Below are positions 51,091-58,633 of a stretch of 64,000 nucleotides of DNA, piece after piece. The DNA comes from Candidatus Versatilivorator sp. (GTDB lineage: Bacteria > Acidobacteriota > Terriglobia > Versatilivoradales > Versatilivoraceae). The stretch is taken from assembly GCA_965207735.1 (NCBI GenBank), contig OZ242296.1, positions 768,001 to 832,000 on the forward strand. The letters run 5' to 3'. Position numbers and translations under genes: made by a program. Numbering within the stretch: position 1 is the stretch's first letter; every line of letters starts with the position of its first letter. Below the pieces are notes generated by a model that had not been told where the DNA came from, searched no databases, and saw only the letters and a program-made list of their open reading frames with translations.

Positions 51091-51447
51091 ATGATGGCGC
51101 CAGCAGCAAAAATCCTCTATTGTCGTTGCGCCTACGCCAAGGTAATCGCTCCGGAAGTCAAGGACGAGGTCCTTCAAAGGCTCACGCAATCCGGGGTGCC
51201 CTTTGAGGCCGTGCCCGATTTGTGCGAGATGTCTGCCCGGCGCGATCCGGCGCTCAAACGCTTGGCGGCGGAGGATGGAACCAAGATTGCAGCCTGCTAT
51301 CCTCGAGCCGTAAGGTGGCTTTTTTCAGCAGCCCAGTCCCCTCTGCCTAAAGACACGGTTGATATTGTGAACATGCGCGTTGACAGTGCCGAAACCGTCG
51401 CCCAGGGTCTCCTTCAAGAGCATTCGAAAGGAGAAGATTCATCGTGA
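51091..51447 (+). CDS. Small Cys-motif protein resembling the HdrA N-terminal Fe-S domain
   Basis: YCRC, DLC, IAACYPR pattern; 4-bp overlap with the downstream ferredoxin. Confidence 0.65.
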   Translation: MMAPAAKILYCRCAYAKVIAPEVKDEVLQRLTQSGVPFEAVPDLCEMSARRDPALKRLAAEDGTKIAACYPRAVRWLFSAAQSPLPKDTVDIVNMRVDSAETVAQGLLQEHSKGEDSS

Positions 51448-52337
51448 TCGCCCCCAAGCTGCCTCTCCAGATCGGCCTCTACCAGAACGGCGGCCACCAC
51501 CTGCTCGGCGAGGACCGGCAGTACGACCTGACCCGCAGCCTTCTGGACAAGGGCTATGCGGTTTCGGTTATCCGTTCGGACAGTCAAATTGGACAAATCC
51601 GGGAAGGGGCCTGGCTCTTTCTGGGGTGCTTCGGCAAGGAAGAAGCGTTTCCGTCCGTGGGAAACGGGAACGGAGCCAAGCTCTACTTCCGGGACATCGA
51701 TGGTCTGGAAACCTCGCAGATACTGGAGGCCGTGGAGCAGGTGCGCGGTGAAACCGAGCTGCCCGATCCGGGCGGCTGGAAACCCTGGTTTCCGGTGATC
51801 GATTACAACCGCTGCACCAACTGCATGCAATGCCTGAGCTTCTGTCTGTTTGACGTCTACGGTGTACACGAGGACAAGATCCAGGTGCAGAACGAGAGCA
51901 ATTGCAAGACGGACTGCCCCGCCTGCTCCCGAGTCTGCCCCGAGGTGGCCATTCTCTTTCCCAAGTACAAGAGCGGTCCCATCAACGGAGACGTGGTGCG
52001 GCAGGAGGACATTCAGCGTGAGGCCATGAAGGTGGACATCTCGGCCCTGCTGGGCGGGGATCTATACGGGTCCCTGCGGCAGCGCCAGACGGAAGCTCGC
52101 CAGCGTTTCTCCACCGAGCGGGACGAGTCTCGAGCCCTGCTGGAGCGCAAGAAGTGCCTGCGCAAGCTCAAGAAGGATTTTGACATCCCGGACGAGGTTC
52201 TGATGAGCCTGCCTTCGGCCGGCGACATCCAGGAGCGGGCCGAACGGGCCAAGGCAAAGCTGGCTGCCCGCCAGGAGCGCTCCCAGACCGTCAGGGACAC
52301 CCGGCCGGCGCCCACCGAAGACGACTGGGGAATCTAG
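51444..52337 (+). CDS. 2x[4Fe-4S] ferredoxin-domain protein with N- and C-terminal extensions
   Basis: WFPVIDY.RCTNCMQCLSFC and CKTDCPACSRVCP. Confidence 0.85.
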   Translation: MIAPKLPLQIGLYQNGGHHLLGEDRQYDLTRSLLDKGYAVSVIRSDSQIGQIREGAWLFLGCFGKEEAFPSVGNGNGAKLYFRDIDGLETSQILEAVEQVRGETELPDPGGWKPWFPVIDYNRCTNCMQCLSFCLFDVYGVHEDKIQVQNESNCKTDCPACSRVCPEVAILFPKYKSGPINGDVVRQEDIQREAMKVDISALLGGDLYGSLRQRQTEARQRFSTERDESRALLERKKCLRKLKKDFDIPDEVLMSLPSAGDIQERAERAKAKLAARQERSQTVRDTRPAPTEDDWGI

Positions 52338-52340
52338 CCG

Positions 52341-53546
52341 ATGCTCACAACTTTGCTCTCCTTTGGCTACCGCGTGGTTCGAACCACCGATGCCCGTCTG
52401 CTGTGGAAGATCGGCTACAACTTCGGGTACAAGGGCATCCGTTCCGTTCAGCGATTCAAGGCCCGGCTCAAGCAGGGACAGACCTTTCCCCCGTTTCTCT
52501 ATATCTCCATCACCAATAGCTGCAACCTGCGCTGCCAGGGATGCTGGGTGGACGTCGACAAGCCCCAGTCCCTGATCAGCTTCGAGGACATGAACCGCTT
52601 GATCGGGAATGCCAAGCAGCATGGGAACAGCTTTTTCGGGATCCTGGGGGGAGAGCCGTTCCTCCATCCCGACCTCATCGCCATCCTGAAGGCTCACCCC
52701 GACTGCTACTTTCAGATCTTCACCAACGGGCACGCCATCACCGACAAGGTGGCCGCCGAGCTCCGCAAGGCCGGCAACGCCACACCCCTGGTCAGCGTGG
52801 AAGGGACCGAAGCCGTCAGCGACGTGCGGCGCGGCCGCAAAGGAGTCCTGAATCGGACCCTGGCCGGCATCCAGGCCAGTCTTCGGCACCGTCTGATCAC
52901 CGGGGTCGCCACCAGTGTCTGCCAGAGCAACTTCGACGACCTGGTCCGGGAGTCCTGGATCGACAACCTCATCGATATGGGAGTGCACTACACCTGGTTC
53001 CACACCTATCGCGCCGTAGGGCCCGTAGCCAACCCCCAGCTGGCCCTGACCGCCGAGCAGGGGCTCCGACTGCGCCGGTTCGTGCTGGATATGCGCAACC
53101 GCAAGCCCATCGGGATCGTGGATGCCTACTACGACGACCGGGGGGAGGCGCTGTGCCCGGCGGCCACCGGGATCAGCCACCACATCAGTCCCTTTGGCGA
53201 CGTGGAGCCCTGCCCCGTGGTCCAGTTCGCCAACGAGTCCATCCACGACAACCAGGGGGACCTGTTCAAGACCATGACCGAGTCGCCCTTGCTGGAGGAC
53301 TTTCGGCGCACGGCCGCCGGGGCTACCCGGGGCTGCATCGTGCTGGAACGACCCGATCTCCTCAAGCAGGTGGTGGAGCGCAACAGCGCTCAAGACACCA
53401 CCCTGCGGCACACAGCCATGCCGGAACTGGAGCAGATGCAATCCAGGCCCAGCCAGTACAATCCGGGCAACGAGCTGCCGGAGGAGAACTGGGCCTACCG
53501 TTTCGCCAAGAAGCACTGGTTCTTCGGATTTGGAGCCTACACCTGA
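52341..53546 (+). CDS. Radical SAM protein with SPASM/Twitch-type C-terminus
   Basis: CNLRCQGC, GGEPF, FTNG, SVEG, CPA.....HISP.GDVEPCP, GC. Confidence 0.9.
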   Translation: MLTTLLSFGYRVVRTTDARLLWKIGYNFGYKGIRSVQRFKARLKQGQTFPPFLYISITNSCNLRCQGCWVDVDKPQSLISFEDMNRLIGNAKQHGNSFFGILGGEPFLHPDLIAILKAHPDCYFQIFTNGHAITDKVAAELRKAGNATPLVSVEGTEAVSDVRRGRKGVLNRTLAGIQASLRHRLITGVATSVCQSNFDDLVRESWIDNLIDMGVHYTWFHTYRAVGPVANPQLALTAEQGLRLRRFVLDMRNRKPIGIVDAYYDDRGEALCPAATGISHHISPFGDVEPCPVVQFANESIHDNQGDLFKTMTESPLLEDFRRTAAGATRGCIVLERPDLLKQVVERNSAQDTTLRHTAMPELEQMQSRPSQYNPGNELPEENWAYRFAKKHWFFGFGAYT

Positions 53547-53587
53547 AGAGGAGTCCCGCCGCGGGAATCCAGGAGGGAGTCGCCAGC

Positions 53588-55378
53588 ATGATCCGGAAGG
53601 TAGTGGACGATCTCAAGCAGGCGCCGGATTCCGGAAACGGAGTTCTGCTGACACTTCCGGCCAAGGTCCCCAAGCAAGCCTATCGCCCGGCTCAGTCCAA
53701 TATTCCCGACGACAAGCGGGTCCGGGTCTTTCTGAAGAAGGTCGTGGCCGATCATGTCCGCACGGTGGGCGCGGTGCCGCCGCTGACCATGGATGAGCTG
53801 CGGGACCATGCCACCGCCGTATTGACGAAGGCCGGGCTGGAAAGCAAGTACCGGGACTACGCCGCCATTCTGGTCGGCAACGAGTCCTGGAGGGATACCC
53901 TGGCGCAGATTCCCTTCAACCGCCGTCTCCTGCTGCTCCCCAAGTGCCTGCGGGTGGAAGAACGCTGTCCGGCCCCCTTCGACGAGTTCGGGCTGCTCTG
54001 CAAGGAGTGCGGGCTGTGCTCTATCCAGGACCTGTCGGTGGAGGCCGAGAGGCTGGGCTACGCCGTCCTGGTTGCGGAGGGTTCGGCTATCGTGCGGCAG
54101 ATGATCGAGACGGGCAAGATCGAAGCGGTGGTGGGAGTCAGTTGCATCAACGTGCTGGAGAAGTGCTTCCCCCATATGGAAGCGGCAGCCGTGCCGGGAA
54201 TGGCCATTCCGCTGCTTCAGGACGATTGCGTGAACACCACCGTGGACCTGGACTGGGTCTGGGACCTGATTCACCTGACGGCCGACGACAAGACCTATCG
54301 CCTCGACCTGGACGGGCTCAAGAGCGAGGTTCAGAGTTGGTTCCGCAGGGAGGCGTTGGCGGAGCTGATGGGCGCGCCCTCGGAGGAGACGGCTGTCATC
54401 GCCCAGGACTGGCTGGCCAAGGCCGGAAAGCGCTGGAGACCCTATCTGGCCACCTGCACCACCATGGCGCTGCAGAGCCACCGGCAGGAGGCCTCCCCCC
54501 AAGCCTCGGCAGACCTGAAGAAGCTGGCGGTGGCCATTGAATGCTTCCACAAGGCCTCCCTGATCCACGACGACATCGAGGACGGCGACCTGGAGCGCTA
54601 CGGCAGCCAAGCGCTGCACGCCGAGGTTGGAATGCCGGTAGCTCTCAACGTGGGAGACTATCTGCTGGGAGAGGGCTACCGCTTGATCTCCGAGCTTTCC
54701 ATCGATCCGGCCGTTCGGGTGGAGATGCTGCGGCTGGCCTCGGAAGGCCACCTGACCTTGAGTCGCGGTCAGGGGTTGGAACTCTGCTGGGCCAGGAGTC
54801 CCAAGCCCCTCTCCTCCCTGCAGGTGCTGGATATCTTCCGCAAGAAGACGGCGCCGGCCTTCGAAGTGGCGCTGCGTCTGGGAGCCTGCCTGGCAGGCGC
54901 CGACGAAGAAACCCACTCCGTCCTGCGCCAGTACAGCCAATCGCTGGGCATCGCCTATCAGATCCGCGACGATCTGGAGGACTACAACGGAAGCGGCGAT
55001 TCCAACGACCTGGAGGCCCTGCGGCCCTCCCTGATTCTGGCCATTGCGCACAAGCGCGCCCTGCAGGGCCGCGAAAAGGACCTCATTTCCTCCCTCTTTT
55101 GCTTGGAGCGTGGCTATTCCCAGGTCTCGGCTGAAGTGCAGCGCATCCTGGTGGAACGCGGGGTCACCGAGAAGGCCGAAGAACTTCTGGAGGCCTACAA
55201 GGAAGAGGCGGTTCGTTCCTTGCGCTTTCTCTCCAACCCGACGCTGAAGGGATTGCTGCGCCGGGTGGTGGGCAAGATCTTCGGCGAGCAGTTCATCGAG
55301 GGCTACTGCAGTGAGTTTGAGGCTCGAAATGCTGCAGGTCGCGCGCCTGGCCCCCAACCTGTTGCGCGAAGCCACTGA
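53588..55378 (+). CDS. DUF116-domain / trans-isoprenyl diphosphate synthase fusion
   Basis: N-terminal half RRLLLLPKCLR...CPA...CKECGLCSI, VGVSC, PL..DDC; C-terminal half GKRWRP, HDDIED (FARM), GDYL, GQ, KKT, YQIRDDLED (SARM); RBS GGAG. Confidence 0.88.
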   Translation: MIRKVVDDLKQAPDSGNGVLLTLPAKVPKQAYRPAQSNIPDDKRVRVFLKKVVADHVRTVGAVPPLTMDELRDHATAVLTKAGLESKYRDYAAILVGNESWRDTLAQIPFNRRLLLLPKCLRVEERCPAPFDEFGLLCKECGLCSIQDLSVEAERLGYAVLVAEGSAIVRQMIETGKIEAVVGVSCINVLEKCFPHMEAAAVPGMAIPLLQDDCVNTTVDLDWVWDLIHLTADDKTYRLDLDGLKSEVQSWFRREALAELMGAPSEETAVIAQDWLAKAGKRWRPYLATCTTMALQSHRQEASPQASADLKKLAVAIECFHKASLIHDDIEDGDLERYGSQALHAEVGMPVALNVGDYLLGEGYRLISELSIDPAVRVEMLRLASEGHLTLSRGQGLELCWARSPKPLSSLQVLDIFRKKTAPAFEVALRLGACLAGADEETHSVLRQYSQSLGIAYQIRDDLEDYNGSGDSNDLEALRPSLILAIAHKRALQGREKDLISSLFCLERGYSQVSAEVQRILVERGVTEKAEELLEAYKEEAVRSLRFLSNPTLKGLLRRVVGKIFGEQFIEGYCSEFEARNAAGRAPGPQPVARSH

Positions 55379-56195
55379 GCGGGTCGACGACTTCCTGCGG
55401 AACCAGATCAATCCGGACGGAGGATTCCGGGATCGTGTCGGCCAAAGCGATCTCTACTACACCGTCTTCGGCCTTGAAGGTCTGATCGCCCTGCGACAAG
55501 AGCCGCCTTACTCGCGGGTGCGCCCCTTCCTGGAAGGATTCGGGGACGGCGATGGGTTGGACCTGGTCCATCTGGCCTGCCTGGCCCGCTGCTGGGCAGC
55601 TCTTCCTTCCGGCAGCCTCTCTCCCGAAACCTGCCGGTGCCTGGTCGAAAGGCTGGAATCCTTTCGAGCCGGGGACGGAGGATACGCACCCACCCCTGGT
55701 GCCCCCGCGGGCGCCGTTTACCACGGCTTTTTGGTCCTGGGAGCTTACCAGGACCTGGGGGTTCCCATCCCAGACCCTACGGGGTTGGCAACTTCGGTCC
55801 AGGCGCTTCAATTGGACAGCGGGGGCTTTTCCGGCCGCCCCGGCCTACCGGCCCCTTCCACCCCCAATACCGCGGCAGCCCTGACCCTTCTCCGGCAATT
55901 CGGCTCCCCTGCCCTCCCCGGAGGCTCCGACTGGCTCTTGAGCCAGGCCTGCCCCGACGGCGGCTTTCGTGCAGCGGAAGACACGCCCATTCCCGACCTG
56001 CTCTCGACAGCTACCGCCCTGCATGCCCTGGCCGGGCAACAGGTTTCCTTCCAACACCTCAAGGAACCAACGCTGGATTTTCTAGACACCCTCTGGACCA
56101 GCCGGGGAGCCTTCTACGGAAACTGGACCGACGAGGTGGCCGACTGCGAATACACCTACTACGCCTTGCTCGCCCTGGGCCACCTGAGCCTGTGA
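55311..56195 (+). CDS. Prenyltransferase/squalene-oxidase-repeat protein (single alpha-alpha barrel)
   Basis: Q.NPDGGF, SDLYYT.FG, DGGY, SGGF, DGGF, DLLSTATAL, DCEYTYY; overlaps the synthase 3' end. Confidence 0.85.
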   Translation: MSLRLEMLQVARLAPNLLREATERVDDFLRNQINPDGGFRDRVGQSDLYYTVFGLEGLIALRQEPPYSRVRPFLEGFGDGDGLDLVHLACLARCWAALPSGSLSPETCRCLVERLESFRAGDGGYAPTPGAPAGAVYHGFLVLGAYQDLGVPIPDPTGLATSVQALQLDSGGFSGRPGLPAPSTPNTAAALTLLRQFGSPALPGGSDWLLSQACPDGGFRAAEDTPIPDLLSTATALHALAGQQVSFQHLKEPTLDFLDTLWTSRGAFYGNWTDEVADCEYTYYALLALGHLSL

Positions 56196-56206
56196 GACTC
56201 GGTAGC

Positions 56207-56420
56207 CCCGGGAGCGCGGGCATCCCGCCCCCATCCTTATTCCTGCAAATAGTCTCCCGTCCAGGGTCACTCCCTCGCAAAGCGCACCAAACCCACCTTC
56301 ACGGGGTTCTCTTCCATAAGGCGGAAGGTAAGAAATTGCATTGTTTCCGCTTCGTCGAAGTGCGGGAGGTAGCCACGATCGTGCCAATTCCTCTGCGGGC
56401 GGGACGCCCGCGCTCCCGGG
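56207..56420. repeat. Inverted REP pair (24 bp, 23/24 identical) enclosing a RAYT remnant
   Basis: CCCGGGAGCGCGGGCATCCCGCCC (56207-56230) and GGGCGGGACGCCCGCGCTCCCGGG (56397-56420). Confidence 0.8.
56267..56396 (-). pseudogene. Internally deleted REP-associated tyrosine transposase (RAYT, Y1 family)
   Basis: N-terminal WHDRGYLPHFD...QFLTFRL joined directly to C-terminal ENPVKVGLV; the HUH core is missing. Confidence 0.75.
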
Positions 56421-56537
56421 TGGGCCTTGTTGACGGACACCATTGCTTGCACCGCTAAACCAGTCCGAGAAATGATTGCAGTGTAGCCAATGCCCATTGA
56501 AGATAAAATCTCAGGAAATCTCAGGTTTTGGGCTAAC

Positions 56538-58619
56538 CCATCTTTAACACGGCTTCCAAGTATACGTTTATTATCAACAGGTTACAAAAGGCTCAACGCG
56601 CAAGTGGCACTACAAACGCGTTGAAACCGGAGATTTTGGAGGAATCAGACGATCATCTTGCGGATCCCTCCAGGAGAGGGATCGATGCCCAGGGCGTCGT
56701 AGATGGCCCTCTGATCGGGTTCGGCCCGTGTGGCCTTGCGGACGTGCAAGGTCCGCCCGTCCTGACGCCGGAAGGTGACCGTGACCCGCTGCTGTCCTTC
56801 CAGGATGCGCCGCAGCGTGGTCCAACTGGAGGCCTCGCCGCGCTGCTTGAGGCGTTTGCGGATGACCTGCACCAGTTGATAGGCGATGACCGTCAGAAAC
56901 AGGTGACCTTCCGAGCGCACCGGCTTGTGATGATAGATGGGCCGCAGGCCCAGCTCGGACTTCAGGGAGCGAAACACCGCTTCCACGTCGGTCAGAGTCG
57001 TGTAGGTACGCCAGAGACTTTCCTCGTCCCAGTCAGTCTGGTTGCTGCGCAGGCAGTAGACCCCCGGATGGGTGGCCATCGAGCCCTGGCGGGGACGGTG
57101 CTTCCATCTCAGCGCTGTCGCCTTGCGGCCGCTCTCGTCGGTGAGGACCTCGATGCTGTAGTGTTGCCCCACCCCGCGGCTCTGTTCCTTCAGCCGCCCG
57201 ATCCTCTCCCGGACCTTCTCGACGCCTTTGTGAGTCCGCGGCCGGGAAAGCCCCTCGGAGAGTCGGGTGAGCCCCTGCTCGAAGCGCCGGCTGAAGCGCT
57301 CCACGATGCCCTTCTCCTTCTCAGCCCGCTGCTGTGAGCGGCAGTAGAGACGCACTTCCTGCCCGTCGTCGGAGATCTCCTTGTGGAGCTGCAGCTCGGC
57401 CTTGGAAGCCGTCTCCACCGTCACGGCCGCCTCGGCATCGAACTGCCTCCGGCCCTGGCGGCTGGCCACCAGGTAGCGATACCCTTCCTCCCTCAACCAC
57501 TGGATCCGGTCCTCGGTCGCCACCCCCCGATCCATCACCACCAAGGCTCCCCGGGGCGCCTCCAGCGCCTCCAGCATCCCCTCCAGGGTGCGGGGCTCAT
57601 CCACCCTACCGGCAAAGACCTCCGAGCGGCGCACAAACCCCGCCCCGTCCAGCACCAACCCCAGCGTCAGCAGCCGACAGTCGCTGCGCTTGTCCTTCGA
57701 GTGGCCCCGCTCGGCCTTGGGCTGATGGCTGGCCGCCCCTTCGAAGAAGGTGTTGGTCAGATCGAACAGGGTGACGGTCGGCTCCAGATCGAACAACCCC
57801 ATGGCCCGGGTGAAGAGGTGACGCTCGATGGCCTCCCGATGCTTCATCAGCGCGTCCGAGGCCCGATACATCTGCATCAGACTCAGGCTCTCGAAGTCAA
57901 CCTCCAGCAACTCGCCCAAGCCGCTGCGCCGCCTGAGCCAGCCCCAGGTGGCCCTCTCCGAGCCCGGTCGGGCCAGACGGCCTACCATGGCCCCCAACGC
58001 CGCTGCCCGCATCGGTCCGTTCAGCCCTAACTCGGTCAGCAGATCCCCCAGCCCCAACTGCTCCAGCGCCCAGCAACCGACCTGCTCCACCCCCACGCTG
58101 CGCGGACGTGTCAAGGCCACCGAATCCACCTCGACCGTCTGCAGGTCCTCTGAGGCGGCCTCCCCGCCAACGCCGGTCACGTCGGCTTCGCCCTCAAGCA
58201 AGCGCTGGGCCATGCGTTGGGCTTCCTCCTCCAACGGGGTGGAAGCCACCGGCAAGAGAGGCAACTGACCGGTGAGGATCTGATCGAGACGGCGGCACAA
58301 CAAGGGCCAGTCCTCACGGGGGATCGAGAAGTGTCGACCGAGGTTGAGGAGGGTCTGCTGGCGGACCTTGCCACTGACGCGATGGGAGCGGACGAGGCGG
58401 TGGGTGAAGTAGGTCTGTCCGGAATGGAGGCTGCGGGTCTGGGTGCGTCGGATGAACATGGGAGGGACGCTACCAGAGGAGAGAGAGGGGGTCAAGCCCA
58501 TCCCATACGATTATGGCACTACATTCACCTCCTCAACCAAGAATCAACAACTTACGGGTGGTTTTAGGCTAAAATGGGGGTAAAATACCTCAAATCGGCC
58601 GTTTCTTTGTTAAAGATGG
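56538..58619 (-). mobile_element. Complete IS1634-family insertion sequence
   Basis: TIR CCATCTTTAACA / TGTTAAAGATGG; 6-bp target duplication GCTAAC (alternative: ends 56537/58620 with CTAA). Confidence 0.88.
56645..58459 (-). CDS. IS1634 family transposase
   Basis: MFIRR, LV.S.R..GKVRQ.TLLNLG, FDLTNTFFEG, GHSKDKRSD, VVMDRG, VE.VFRSLKSELGLRPIYH. Confidence 0.92.
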   Translation of the reverse strand: MFIRRTQTRSLHSGQTYFTHRLVRSHRVSGKVRQQTLLNLGRHFSIPREDWPLLCRRLDQILTGQLPLLPVASTPLEEEAQRMAQRLLEGEADVTGVGGEAASEDLQTVEVDSVALTRPRSVGVEQVGCWALEQLGLGDLLTELGLNGPMRAAALGAMVGRLARPGSERATWGWLRRRSGLGELLEVDFESLSLMQMYRASDALMKHREAIERHLFTRAMGLFDLEPTVTLFDLTNTFFEGAASHQPKAERGHSKDKRSDCRLLTLGLVLDGAGFVRRSEVFAGRVDEPRTLEGMLEALEAPRGALVVMDRGVATEDRIQWLREEGYRYLVASRQGRRQFDAEAAVTVETASKAELQLHKEISDDGQEVRLYCRSQQRAEKEKGIVERFSRRFEQGLTRLSEGLSRPRTHKGVEKVRERIGRLKEQSRGVGQHYSIEVLTDESGRKATALRWKHRPRQGSMATHPGVYCLRSNQTDWDEESLWRTYTTLTDVEAVFRSLKSELGLRPIYHHKPVRSEGHLFLTVIAYQLVQVIRKRLKQRGEASSWTTLRRILEGQQRVTVTFRRQDGRTLHVRKATRAEPDQRAIYDALGIDPSPGGIRKMIV

Positions 58620-58633
58620 GCTAACCATATCCG

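Noticed and set aside
52541-53587. N-terminal 349 aa of the 945-aa ORF
   Set aside because: Overlaps the radical SAM gene in another frame and is low-complexity; the true start is ATG 53588 with an RBS
56582-56594. TTACAAAAGGCTC matching the MITE terminal repeat inside IS1634
   Set aside because: Single 13-bp match with no partner end or target duplication
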